A DNA stretch of 64,000 nucleotides from Octopus vulgaris (lineage: Eukaryota): positions 120,466,001 through 120,530,000 of the forward strand of contig OX597818.1 of assembly GCA_951406725.2 (NCBI GenBank). The letters run 5' to 3'. The notes below the pieces were generated by a model. That model was not told the origin of the DNA. It worked only from the letters and a program-made list of their open reading frames with translations, and ran no database searches. The translations under genes and the position numbers were made by a program. This document shows positions 26,308-41,037 of this stretch, in pieces (the first letter of the stretch is position 1; each line of letters begins with the position of its first letter).

Positions 26308-26827
26308 TATGTCTTTATTCAAGGTACATAACTCTGCTTGTTCTAGTTTGCTTGACCATAAAACAATTGGTGCATCTTTTTTTGTATCATAAAACAATTG
26401 TATTTAAAAAAAAATCCAGCTCATGCTTTGAAAGATGGAAATAAAACATATACTACTAGAATGTGTATAGATTTTTGGATGTATGTGTATGAATTTTTCT
26501 ATGCGCGCGTGTGTGTGTGTGTGTATGGATACACACATAGTAAAGTAGTTAGTTTATTTCATAAAAATTTGCCATAAAGGCATTACAAAGAGTAGCTGCG
26601 AGCTGGACATATACATTGATGAGGTGAATGATGAAATAAGGATGATATTGATGAGAGAAGGCAAAAACGCCTGACAATTTTCTTCTTCTCTAAAATATTG
26701 TTCTTTTTTTAAACAGAAAAGCAAAGTAGCTAGTTGTAAAATCTCAATAAGAGATGAAAGTATGATATTAATAATGAAATTATTGTATACAGTGCTCAGG
26801 TGCACCACAAGTAGTAACTATACAAAC

Positions 26828-27704
26828 AAGTAAAGTTAATTATCACATCAATATGGCTGTTTAATGTTACTACTGTTTTAACCCAAGGCAGATCTTCTGC
26901 CAGCTGGTTATAAGTGCAGCCTGCACCCGTTATATATTATAAGCAGGGGAGCAAACTCCTACCACTCTCCAGCAGATGGTGGGATTGCAAGACCAACTTG
27001 GTTTTGAGCTAGTTTTGCTCATCCTCAGTTGTGAACACCCGATCGCTAGAGAAATGGCCAGAGTCTGCTCCAGCAAGCGGTATATAGAAAGCAAAAGCGG
27101 CGAGCTGGCAGAAACGTTAGCACGCCGGGCGAAATGCGTAGCCATATTTCGTCTGCCGTTACGTTCTGGGTTCAAATTCCGCCGTGGTCGACTTTACCTT
27201 TCATTCCTTCGGGGTCGATAAATTAAGTACCAGTTACGAAATGGGGTCGATGTAATCGACTTAATACCTATGTCTGTCCTTGTCTGTTCCCTCTATGTTT
27301 TGCCCCTTGTGGGTAATAAAGAAATAGGTATATAGAAAGCAAAGCAACCATCGGTCACTGATTTGCACTCTTGTTGAGATTTTACAAGTAGCTACTTTGC
27401 CTGTTGCAAATCAGTGACCGATGGCCACTCAGTTTTCTATTTATTGCTTGCTGGGGCCGACTCTGGCTATCTCTCTGCCAACAGGTGTTCATGATGGAAG
27501 ATGCAGGTCTGTACCATCATAGCTTGAAACAGAGTTGGTCTCGTGATTTCATTATCTGCTGGAGGGTGGTATGTGTTTGCTCCCCTGCTTGCAATATATT
27601 CGGGGTGCAGGCTGCACTTATAACCAGCTGGCAGAAGATCTGCCTAGGGCTAAAACAATAGTGACATTGAACAGCCAATATTAATGTGGCAATTAACTTT
27701 ACTT
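26828..27704. repeat. Long imperfect inverted repeat (fold-back), left arm interrupted by a SINE
   Basis: arms 26828-27367 (minus SINE) and 27405-27704 are reverse complements, e.g. ggcagatcttctgccagctggttataagtgcagcctgcaccc. Confidence 0.92.
27096..27326 (+). mobile_element. Family C SINE with 17-bp TSD
   Basis: ggtatatagaaagcaaa at 27079-27095 and 27327-27343. Confidence 0.9.
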
Positions 27705-28419
27705 CCTTCCATCTGTCCATGTTTGTAGATTTGTCTACGTATTGTGTGTTTGTAGTTACCATTTATTTTGGAATTGAATAAAACTTATTAAAAACCTGAA
27801 ACCAATTATGTAATTTCTAACTATTTGTTCATTTATTTGTTCATTGATTTTGTAATTGAAAATTAATTTTTTTGTTAATGATATAATTTATAATAAACTT
27901 CAGTCTTCATGTAAGCAGATGAATATTACTGTAAAATTACAGTAATTAAGGAAAATCTCTTTTATAAATAGAATGTGTAACTTGTAAATAGATATGATTA
28001 CTGTAGTTTGGACTATTAACCTCATTTCTGCCTCAGCCCATACAAGGATTTTAAAATGATGGTGATGATGATGAAGTTGTTTAAGCTCTCATTAATTATA
28101 TTTCCAAGAGAAATAGTCAATGCATGTGTTTTAAGACATAAAGCAGTTTTTTTAGAGCCATAATGATTTACACTTTATATGTCTTTATCTATCTCTCTGT
28201 CTACATAAAACGTGTCTTTATGTTGTTGACTAACCCCATTTTAGTTCTGATCAAGCAGATCTATAATCACAGGTACACAATACATTACCTTTTCATTTTT
28301 TTTTTTTTTTTTCTGGTATAAGACTTGACTATCTAATATTTGTTCCTTTTAAATTTATTTCTCACTCCATTATTTGCAGCGTTCTTTTTATAATCTTTCA
28401 TATTTGTTTATTATTTCAG

Positions 28420-28542
28420 TCTGGTATACTATCCTGTAGATGACACCGATCCATTCTTGCCCAGGCCACCTCCCTACAGCTACGGCACCCTCCCAACGGC
28501 TCCGAATGATCCTTTCCAAGTGGACGTACGCAGAAGTTACTT
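28420..28542 (+). CDS. TTYH: TTYH exon, cytoplasmic tail: (S)LVYYPVDDTDPFLPRPPPYSYGTLPTAPNDPFQVDVRRSY
   Basis: atttcag/gtaagt, 123 nt, locally GC-rich; acidic DDxDPF motif typical of Tweety tails; PPPY motif. Confidence 0.88.
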
Positions 28543-31220
28543 GTAAGTAAATACGACAGCAACCACCACAACAACAGTCCTGTCTGTGGATTTGTTAGTT
28601 GCTTCTGACAGTTGATTTCACTTGGGAGGATGACTTTCTCTGCCAATTGACTTAAAGAACATCAATCAAGCTATTCAATTCTTTACTCTTTGCTAATAAC
28701 TCTAGAACCATTATCTGTTATACACTATAAATATACTGTTCTATATTCTATATAATAATGTTATCTGTGTTGTGTTTAAAAAGAAAGGAAAATGGTTTAT
28801 ATTTTAACCACTATGATTTAAATTATATAATGTTTAAACGAATTAGTTTTTTTTTATATAACTAAATTGTTATTGAATTTAGAATTTTCTTTTATTTAAA
28901 AAAATATTTCCTGATTGAGTTTAAAATCAGTTTTCTCTATGCCACATGTTTTGTTTGCGCCAATTCTTTAAATATCCTTGTTCGATCTACAAGAAAAATC
29001 TCACCAGACTGTATATGCCATAAAATTCACTAAATGGTATGAATTAGTTTGTGTGCTATGATGAAAATAAGCACAACATATGTTATATTTCTTCATTCTA
29101 AATAATACTGATACTAATAATCATCATAACCATAATTGATTCTAATATAATTGTTGTTGTAGTGAATGGAAATAACCAAAATGTGAGAACTGAAACAGAA
29201 TTAACCCTCATAATAATAGGTGCCTTGGGAATGATTTAAAAAAATGCAGACAATTATATAAGCAAAGCCTCACAACTTATTCATGTACTGAACACTACCA
29301 GCAACTGGACACACATTATGTAGAACATTTTTAATATAATAGAAAATGCAACTCAAAACAGACCACTGCACATATCCAAGCCACATAGAGCTGTGTTCAG
29401 CTTTGTAATGAAAGCATGCAATAAAGTTATGACTATAGAAACGATAACTGTTTCTATCTTAGTCACAAGACCAGTACAGAGACTATGATAATAGTAGTTT
29501 CTTTATACCTGAAGATCTTGTTTCATTACATTTGAGGATTCTTTATATGTAAATATATTTTATAAAGGGTTTCAAAACAAAACCTGTTAGTGTGTATGCA
29601 GACAGTAAATGGGGAGAGAGAGGAAGACAATGTACTCTGACTAACTTGAGAAACATATTTCAATAAATTCATACAGAAAGGCACCTACAAAGAGAAGATT
29701 CAGGCTACCTGCAAGCCTTGAGCCACCTTCTGCTCTGAGTACTTGCTCTTTCCTGATTGTAAACTCCAAGAAGATTTAAATCACTGGCTTTCTCATATTT
29801 ACCAAATTGGCCCTCTCACACACACAATTCAGCAAATTCTGTGTAGGGTAGTATCTCTTTATCTCTCACTCTATGTATTCCTTAGACTTTAAGTTCTGCT
29901 TGAAGAAGTTGATGAGGACTTAGGTGGAGATATAGCTTGCATTCATTGTACAACCTCTTTCTCCATAGCGACCAGATAGAAGAAAACTTCTTTGCCAAAG
30001 AAGAATGGTAGGATAATCTTTACACAGGTCTCTGCCGACAGATGAATTCATCCTGTATATCTTACAGTAGTTTGCAAATTCCTCCACATGCCAGCAATCA
30101 TCAGAAGTAAAATTGAATGTTGTCTTCATTTGCTGTGCATCTAAGACAGGCTTAACAGATGACACTGCTATCCTTACAGAGCTTATCTTGAACCTTGGAG
30201 CACTGTCATGCTCAGGTTTTCTGGAAATTCTACATAGTGTCTGCACAAAAAGTCCTCCAGAATAAACTAGTTAGGTGATCTTTGGTGATACTCAGTGCCC
30301 AACTAGAGGACTGTACCTGATGCCCAATCTTGGTCTACGTTCAACCCAGAATTATGGCTCCAACAGAGAGATGAGCTGTGGAAAAGCATATCTAACTAAC
30401 ACATGCTCACCCTCCATGAATTTCTGCAGATGTCAAATTTAATGCATATCTGTGAATCGTCAGCCATGGCTTTGTAAGTCTGTTGAATATGTTGGCTCAT
30501 GGAGCATAGAACAGTTATTTAAATCTGGTCACTTGTAGCCTGACGGAAGATGCAACAGTCTGATGGTAATAAATAATGGAGGTATTTTGTCTGTCTTTAT
30601 GTTCTGAGTTCAAATTTTGTCATGGTCAACTTTGCCTTTTATCCTTTTGGGGGTCGATAAATTAAGTACCTGTTGTGTACTGGAGTCGATCTAATCAACT
30701 GCCCACCCCCCAAATTTTCAAGCCTAGAAATGAATAAATAATGTAGAGTCACTTCCACTGACTTTTCATAGAGAACTTTCTCTCAATTCATTTCTGGATG
30801 AGAGTAGCAACCCTGTTCACAATCACATCTCAGGTTTCTATCCACCTGCCACTCTGGCGTTAACCAGACCCTCAAGCACCTGAATCAGGTTGTTGATCCA
30901 GCAGTATACACTACTGTCTCCGCTGATCAGCTGGTGTCCTGTTTAATGTGTGCTTCAGTTATCACCTCATATTTCTTCAGTTTAGGGTTAATTAATTCAC
31001 TTACTGTGGTGTCTGAGACCAGTGTATATCAACCTGGTTCTCCTACATCTCCACACAAGCAGACCCCCCACACACACCTACCAAGCAGATACTGCTGTAC
31101 AGCTTCTGCACCCAAACACCTGATTTAAATTGTGCTCAGCACAATTGCAGGGTTCTGATCATTGATCTTATCAAAACTTTTTGATTAATGCAAATTTATC
31201 ACAGCTAGGATTATAGCAAG

Positions 31221-31446
31221 CTACGATCTCATCTCAATCGAAGGAGAGGGGCTTTCTCCGTCCGGGTTGCGGATCCGTGGAATAAGCTGCTGGACGAAAT
31301 AGTGAAGATGCTGACGACCGCTCGGTTCAAAGTCTCTCTTGACCAGAAATGGCCTGAACTCTTTGTATGAACACCCTCCCTGTACATAACTCCATGTCCC
31401 CCTACATGGCCTTGCTTTTGCTTTTTGAGCCAAATTAAATTAAATT
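31221..31446 (+). mobile_element. CR1/L2-type LINE 3' end
   Basis: RRRGAFSVRVADPWNKLLDEIV...FKVSLD..W* followed by 3'UTR and (aaatt)n; short aagct flanking repeat. Confidence 0.85.
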
Positions 31447-32130
31447 AAGCTGAGAGTGATAGCACATATTTTAGTGTTGTATTACATAAAGTGAAGGTTG
31501 TCTTGGACAGATTAGTTTAGGATCATACATGTTTTCACAGGCCAAAAGACACTATCAACAACAATTGTCAACATCTTTGATAGTACCTTGGCCAGAATCC
31601 TTTAGAGTTATAAACTAGAAGTTCTCTATTTTATCTCTTCTTGTTTGTATTATTTCTCATTAGCTTCATCACTCCCTGGTTCACACTGAATGCTCCTAGT
31701 GTACTGATAGTTGTGATATAATCTGTTGAGATTGTAGCAAAGAACTCTGCCATATTACAAGAGAGTTTTTGGAGTAGGCCACCCAGCTTGGTTGTTTAAT
31801 TCTCAAACAGCTGTTTTAGAAGCTGAAATTTAGTGTTTGTGCTACCTACCTCTTCTGCCATGCTTTATGATAAACTATTGAGGTAGATGTTGAATCCCAC
31901 TATCTTTACTCAATTATTTATTCAAACAGTTTGAAGAAAATACTGTTAAAATCCTGCACACAGCAACTTGGAATTGGGTATCATGCTTCCTTCACAATCC
32001 TTCAAAGATTTTATCTAAGCTTGGTTGCCATGAAACAACTCTGCTACCTGAGCCTGTTAAATGGCTTTAGAGCCCTTGTAATTTAGTACACATCTTAACT
32101 CTAATGAAACTTTCTAACTGGAAAGTTTCA

Positions 32131-32360
32131 TTTAGCCCTTTCATTACTGTATTTATTTTGAGATGCTCTGTGTTTTTTTCAATCATTTTAAATATAACAA
32201 AGAATTTTGTAAAATAACTTAGTTATCATTAAGCTAGTGTTTGGAACATAAATTGTGACTAAGGTTTGGTGGAAGATTTTAATTCAAAACTTATGAAAAC
32301 AAGAAATTTTACCACAGAGCCAGAGCCGGTTTTGGGCAGGTTAGTAACAAAAGGGTTTAA
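32131..32360. mobile_element. piggyBac-type MITE, same family as 21164-21636
   Basis: body similarity; aaaaggg end. Confidence 0.8.
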
Positions 32361-35300
32361 GATGTGCACAAAATTATTAATAACTCACTTATCTAGTCTA
32401 AAAGTTTCTATTACAACTTTGTTATATTTCACTTACTCTAGATTTACTTTTTTACTCCACTCTCCATTGCTTATTTATAATCCTGCTTGCCATTTTATAG
32501 TTAGGTAACTCTCTAATCTAGTAGGTGTTGGCTTCTTGCATTGTAAACAAACAGTGCACTTAGACATCAGTAGTAAGGCCTTTATCTCAAAGTCTTATGT
32601 AGGTTGATCATACAGATTACAGACTTGGTAGTCTATGCATTGATCCTGGAAAATGTGGACAATTTCAGTTGGTCTATATTAATGTAATTCCCCTAATTTG
32701 AAACCATTCTAAATATCAATGCTTGAAACTCTTGGTCCTTGAGTCACTCTGTAGCTTCTACTGATTAAATAAAAAAACCATATGTGTGGATAATAGTAGA
32801 AAGTTATCTAGTGCATTAATTAAGTTAGCGAATTATTGTAAACAAGTTATAATTAGCAAAATGCTATTTTGTGAAAATGCTTGTCAGAACACCTCAGTGT
32901 CCAAGGGTTGCAGATAAACCATTTGTTCAATCCTCCTCTGACAATTCACTTTAGTAGGGCAAAAATTCCCTTAAATATATAGTTAACTATCATACTGAGT
33001 ACTGATATGACCACTCAAACTTTCTGGTCTGTAAAGAGTCATTTTGAAATTTTTTCTGTTTAGTATGATGTTGTCTGCGACAGAAATTTTCTATCTTCTA
33101 ATTGTTTATCACTTGAAAATATGAATTACATGTATCAAAATATTAGAGAATTATGTAGAAGCACCATGTAACTGAAATTTTGAATAATTTAGTAGAAAGT
33201 CATCTGTTGCATATTTTTTTTTTGAAGTGAGTTACTTATTGTAAACAAATTATCCATTCACAAAATGATATTTCAGTGAAAACATTCTTGTTAGAATTCA
33301 TGTGAATTACAACATACATTTAAGAGATTCACTCTGAAACCTTATTTCAAAGTTCTATAGGGAGAATCACTTCTCTTATTCCAAGTCATTTTTGAAAATG
33401 AAAATTAATGATTTAAAAACAAAATATTGTTGGATTCTACTGGAATAATCTTGCTGGTCAAAGTGAATTTTGAAAGTATTAACTAGTGTAGAAGAAAGGC
33501 TAAAACATTAAATCATTTCATCTTAAGAGCAAATGCTGTATCATCACTGTACTGAGCTTTTCTGGGTGAATATATTTTGTAATTGTGCTTCGCAATTTAT
33601 AAATTTCTCCTAGACTGCTTAATTTTTATGGTGATATCTTGCTATATTTTATAGACATAATTAAATTCATCACTTTTTTTCATCATCACTGAATGGTGAG
33701 GTCAGTATGTAGGAGTTTAAAAATTAAGTTACTGAATAGAAATAAAACATATTTTAAATATCTTTTTTTAAAAATATGGGTGTCTTTTTGATTTTGATTT
33801 TTTAGAATATGGCTTAAAGGTATTTTTGTCATATATATTGTTTTATTTGCATATCATCTTTCTTCTATTCTTTAGTAGAATAGAATAGTTTCCTTTTTCT
33901 TTTTTTTTCTATTTTTGTGAGATATTACAAATTATGTGTAACTTAATATAGAGCTCGGTAGAAAAATTTCAATCCATTTAGTATTTTATTCTGTTTTATG
34001 TTTACAAAAAGGATTTTCTTCCTATTTGTATTGTGGTAAAGGTTCAGATACAGTTAAACTATTCTTATTTCAATTCATTTTTTCTTTTACTTTTTCATGT
34101 GAAGTAATTTTTTTTCATGAATGGGTCATACCCAGTCCTGGTATGCCTAGTAATGCTATAATATTAATGAGTGAGATGTGCCTAAGATTTCCTAGCACGA
34201 AAAGAAAACCTTGTGAGTTGGTCGTATTGAGGCATAGACATTTACTTTAGTGCATTATCTTCAGTATGTGTTTTGGTCTACAGATCTGTCATCCCAATTC
34301 TGAAAGCTCATCTTTTTGTGTCATTAACGCACCAAAATACAAGTTGTCTGAAAAAGTATACACCTCTAAATTGGTCAAGATAAGTGCAAGTGATTGCACA
34401 TTTTAAACTCTTGTCTCACTGATGGCAGTCACATCTAATTCAGTTGATTCAAGGCTATTGAATTGGTGAACCTGCTTCTAGATGACTTCCAGGTTGTGAA
34501 CATACAATTTTCATTCCTGCCTTTGTCACAGTCAATAAGATAAAAAAATTGGGTATTTAGCTGGGGTTTGTTTTACCCGTTGGGCTCTTAAAGCTAGACA
34601 TATGATGTTGAAGCCTCAACCTCCCTTGTTAATAAACTGATGATGCCAGTTTAACCAAAATTGGAATTAGTGCAGGTGTGCTATATTTTATTCTCCATTA
34701 GCACATTCTTTTTTGTTTTTGTTTTTTTTTTAAACTTTATCAACTTCATGTTGTCCGTCTAGACAGTTGTAAGCAAATGCAAGAAAATTCTTTTTTGGAG
34801 GTTGGGGTAGGGTTTTGGCATTCCTGGTCTGTAACCTTCTGGATACTTTTATGCACTATTACCATTTTGTTGCTATTTATTGCCAGGTAATATTTTACTT
34901 GGACCTCTGGCTGACTCTGTTACAGGGTGTTAATCTAATTCTGGTCACCCATTTGGTACTGATGATGGAAAAAGGAAGGCTACTATACATATATATATAT
35001 ATATATGGTCATTCTGGAGCAGAGGCCAATGGTGCTGTAACAGTATAAACCTTGTTCTTTCTCCTTATGCTTTGTAAGTAGGGTACCTACTGGTGTTACT
35101 TCTACAACTGCCAGATATTTTTTTTTCTTGTGTCTATGTGTTTTTTTTCTCCTTGGCAGAAAACTCTAAGATGGTTTCTACTACCACACATGTGACACTT
35201 GGGATTTTTGTTCTGCACCATCAGGTTGACTCATTTTAATGGATATCTATTTATTTAATATATCTGACATTATGATCTTTAGGAATCAGTTAAATTTAGA

Positions 35301-35923
35301 TGACATACCAACCCTTTCCTATTACTTCTTGCAGCTTCCTCCTCTATGCAGCACCATCTCATACTGTTTCATAAAAGTTATGACCAGCTATCAGTCAACA
35401 ATTTCACCTATTTTTCTGATTATGACTCTTGCATTTTTCTACTCCATATACTGAGGCATAGACACATGAGTCAGCATGTTTTACATGGCTCTTGTGTTTT
35501 TTTGCTGTGGCACAGACATATGAGTCTGTATGTTTTACATTACCACTGCCACCCTCTCAATTTTTACAATTTGGCTTCTGGTATCATAAGCCTGGTTCCA
35601 TCTTAACTCCTTGTCACATATCATACAAGGCATCTTGAAAATCCCTTCTTGGTTTCATATAGAATCCTATTTTATCTTTAGGGAAGCAGAGGTTCATCAC
35701 TGTTCACTTGCATTTCTTGATAAACATTTTAGGTAACAAGACATGTTGCCCATATTTACCTTGCCTGTCTTGTTTCTGGCATCTTCTCCCATTTCAGTTA
35801 CTCCCTCTGACATTGCCTACTGCTTATTTTTTCATTTTATCTTTGTCCTTGTTGGTGTTTAACATCCTGTTGATGTTAGCCATCACATCCATACTGTTTC
35901 CAATATTTACAATTACAGTCTCC

Positions 35924-35962
<39 letters not shown>

Positions 35963-36301
35963 ATGGTTTTCTCTATTTTGATGAAGTGTCATCTTCACCT
36001 TCCTTTATGCTAGGAAGGCTGTTGCTACTATTGTGAGAGACTTGCACCACTCCTCTTGTGGAAGCCATATTTGAAAAAAACTGTTTACAAATGAATCATA
36101 GCAAATTTCTTTTCTAAATAAGTGTGCTTTTTTTTTTTTTCACAAAATTAAAAGAAAAATCTCACCTTTCAAAGACTGCTTGCACACATGCATATTGCAT
36201 ACACACACATGCACATCATAGACACACACCACATGCTACATACACTAACCTTACTATATTTACTGTACACAAAACACATAGACATGCACACAAAGTAAAT
36301 G

Positions 36302-36568
36302 ACTTTATAGTAAAGATTGTTTGCCAACATAACATGGGCAGTCCTGGTTTAGGACGAATGTTGCTGTAACTTAGCCCATGAAGACATCATCTCCAGCTGG
36401 CTATATGACATGATCTGTGTCCTTATATATATAAAAAAATATATATAAGGACACAGATTGTATTGTATAGCCGGCTGGAGATGATGTTTCCTGGGGCTAA
36501 ATTACAGCAACATTCGTCCTAAGCCAGGACTGCCATGTTATGTTGGCAAACAATCTTTACTACAAAGT
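36302..36568. repeat. About 265-bp near-perfect palindrome
   Basis: agtaaagattgtttgccaacataacatgg... and its reverse complement, centred on a TA-rich spacer. Confidence 0.92.
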
Positions 36569-38151
36569 GCTGTTAGTGAATATCTCACGTTGTGAGATTT
36601 AAAAATAGTAATTTTCTAAATGACTTCAGTACAAAATTTTGAAGTTAAAGTAAAATTCTCAGAAAGTGTATGTTTGATAACAATGTTTTTTTTTACACTT
36701 CATACTAATTTAATCATAACCGATCATACTATTGTAACCGACAACATACTGTTGTAGTAAATTCTCAACTTACAAAGTATTCACTTTTATTGCTAACAGT
36801 CTTTTTTAAACAATGAGTACTGCAACTTCCTGTTTCCGTTTTATATCTGAAGCCTTCGTATTTAAGAAATTATCATTTGATAAAATAAATTACTACAGAT
36901 GGCAGTGCATCATTAGATGAAGTAACGACAATGGTGATACTTTGCATTTTTGATTTTAAATTCTTTCTCTGTCAAATGAGACTGACTTATAGGCCTTATG
37001 AAATATATCACCACTCTATACTGGATAAATCCAATTAACCATGCCCTTTCCACTAACTTTACAAAACTACTCCCTAGTCATTAGAAATCAGCATCATCAT
37101 CATCAGTGTTATTGTGATGAGCATTGTCACCCTTAGTGTTATTGTGTTGATTTTCATTAGTGTTATTTTGATGATGGTGATGATGACCATCATCATTGTT
37201 AATTGTATGAGGGCATAAAGAAAGCATTATTGTTATTAAAGAAAATATTGTATGAGGGCAAAGAGTTGGTAGAAATAGTAAAGCACCAAATTGAATGTCT
37301 TACAGCATTTAGTTTCATCCTTCTGAATTCTAAATTCTCTTCCCACCGAAATAAACTTTGCCTTCATTCTTTTCAAGAATTAATAAAATGATTATTTGTG
37401 ATATGCGAGTGTTAGTTATATCAGTTGTACCTTTGGTCTACCTCATAATCTAAAGTAGTGGCTGTTTACATACTTATTCCATAATTATCTGTTTTTTTCT
37501 AGTATTTAATATGACATAAATATTTGAACACATACATGTGCATGCACACACACACACACACACACAGACACTCTCCCTACCTCTAAGATACTTGGCCTGG
37601 TGTTCTCATTTTGGTTGCTATAGCCACAGTTTCAGCCATTGAACTCTCTGGCCTTCTTCAGGTGCCTGTCATAAAATGAATCTATTATTAAACCCACTAG
37701 AGTGTGTGTCTGTGTGTGTGTGTGTTTGTGTGTGCGCGTGTATGTATGTGTGTGTGCATGCATGCATGCATGCATGGTGCTATCATGCTTAAGAAGTTGG
37801 CTTTCCAACCACTGTATGACACTTTGGGCAAGAATCTTCATCTGTAAACCTTAAGCCGACCTAAGCCTTGTGAATAAATTTGTTTGAGAGAAACTGAGAA
37901 TGAAGCTCATTGATGATGAGAAGTGTGTGTGTGTGTGTGTGTGTGTGCATGTATGTCTTTGTTGTGACATCAAGCACTAATTGTAAACAAATGCTGTTTG
38001 TATGCAATCTTCTATGAAAACCTGTCCAATTTTGGAGAAATTATTACCTCTCTTGGAAACCAATGAGGGCGGGCAACTGAAGAAAGTTTTTGCCTCATTG
38101 AAATTCATTCAATCCAAGGAAGTGAGGAAAAGTGATGTTGAAATGATGATT

Positions 38152-39000
<849 letters not shown>

Positions 39001-39223
39001 GATAAATACTGAATTGCAAAAAAACTTGAGAATTACATAATCTATTTCATTAGCTTACACCTGTTTCTACTGTAAGAAGTGCTCTTACAGCTGAGCATTT
39101 GTGTGATATTGCTTCCTTAGAGCCATGTTTTTTGAGGCTGTATTTTACAGATGGGTACTTTACTTGTTGCCTATTTATTTAGCCACCTCCTTTCCACATG
39201 TATCGATATGACACGCATGTGTA

Positions 39224-39270
<47 letters not shown>

Positions 39271-39591
39271 TTACAGACACCAAAATTATGCTCACACATA
39301 TTTATATATATAACCAAAATATACTCTCTTACATATATAACCAAGCATATATATACACACTTATATATAATTGTATAAACTTGCATTTATGCATGCACAC
39401 ACACATGCACACTCACACGTGCACACTCCCACATGCACACACAGACACACACACACATTATATATGTAATTGTAAACATATAATCAGGACCATGATTTCA
39501 ATAATAGAGCATCCTTATTTCTTGATAATTTTGAAAATATATCAACTGAGCATGTGTTTTGTGTACATTTTCATTAAAGCCAAAATTATCT

Positions 39592-39830
39592 ATATTATTT
39601 ACATTTACATTATTTACATTTGATGGATATTTATCCTCATCTTGTTTGTTGTTAACACAACATTTCAGCTGATATACCCTCCAGCCTTCATCACATGAAA
39701 GCTACAGTGTATATTAGCTGATGAAGGCTGGAGGGTATATCAGCTGAAATGTTGTGTTAACAATAAGATGAGGACAAATATCCGTCAAATGTAAACAGTG
39801 TGCATAATTCCTCATCTCTTAAATATTGAA
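39592..39830. mobile_element. Inverted pair of Penelope-like pLTR fragments with hammerhead-like core; 12-bp TSD
   Basis: ccaaaattatct at 39580-39591 and 39831-39842; CTGATGA-a-ggctg..cagct-GAAA at 39718-39749, mirrored on the minus strand. Confidence 0.7.
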
Positions 39831-40807
39831 CCAAAATTATCTGCTTAAGCCTACATAATCTTCACAATCATTATTAATGTCACACTAGCATAAATTACAT
39901 TTGTGTTTCCATACCTGATTCTGATTTAACAATATAGTAAGCTATTTTGGTATGGTAGAGAACATTAAAACATATCACTCATAATCTCTCTGAGTCAGTG
40001 TGACAATTCTTTTTACTGTTTGTAAAATATCGGTTTAGAACAGGATGAAGAGTCTCTGATTTGGTGCTTACTTTTTCTACCAATCTCTTTATTATGGAAA
40101 CTATTGCGGAAAGAAAAAAAATGAAAACAAAAAATAAATAAAAACAAAATATTAGAAAATAAACTGAATGAAAACAGGAAAAAGAAATTATGAAATTCAA
40201 AACTTATATAACTTATTATATATATATATATATATATAAATATATATATATACACAGCAAAAATGACATTATCATAAATTTTATAATTTTTTTTCTTGAA
40301 AGTTATTAAAACGAATTATCTATAAAATTGTTTTTTTGTGAACTGATTTCAAAAGATTAAAATAAAAAAATATACTAACGAGTTAAATGGTTTTTGATTA
40401 ATATTTAGTAGTTAAAAAAAAAAAAAGGAGCTGGAAAAAAAAAGCACTGTTTCGTTACTCTATCACCATTCACATGAAAAACAATAGTTAAGTTAGTGTT
40501 AACACGTTTAATGTTGTGAGCATGAGATATCTAATTAGAAATACTTATGTGAAGGTGTGTGATCTTATAGATAAAGGGTTGGGCTCACAGTCATAACTAC
40601 ACCGGTTCATTTCCTAGACCGGATGATATATTGTGCCTTGAGCAAGGTACTTCATTTTCTTGTTGCTTCACTTTACTTAGCTGAGAACAAGTATCAACCA
40701 AATTCTGGTGCTGTTCACTCTCCACCCCATTGTCATATCCTTGAAATTCTAGTTCAAGAGTGAGAAGTATGATATTGTATACAAGAGGGCATGAAAAAAA
40801 TCAATGT

Positions 40808-41006
40808 CTTTTACTTGTTTCAGTCATTTGACTGTGGCCACGCTGGAGCACCGCCGTTAGTCGAGCAAATCGATCCCAAGACTTATTCTTTGTAAGCCTA
40901 GTACTTATTCTATTGGTATCTTTTGCTGAACTGCTGAGTTACGGGGACGTAAACACACCAGCATTGGTTGTCAAGCAATGTTGGGAGGAAAAACACAGAC
41001 ACACAA

Positions 41007-41037
<31 letters not shown>

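Noticed and set aside
35115-35230. Strong polypyrimidine acceptor at about 35159 in the long intron
   Set aside because: Gives an immediate stop (LKL*) in the required phase; no supporting homology
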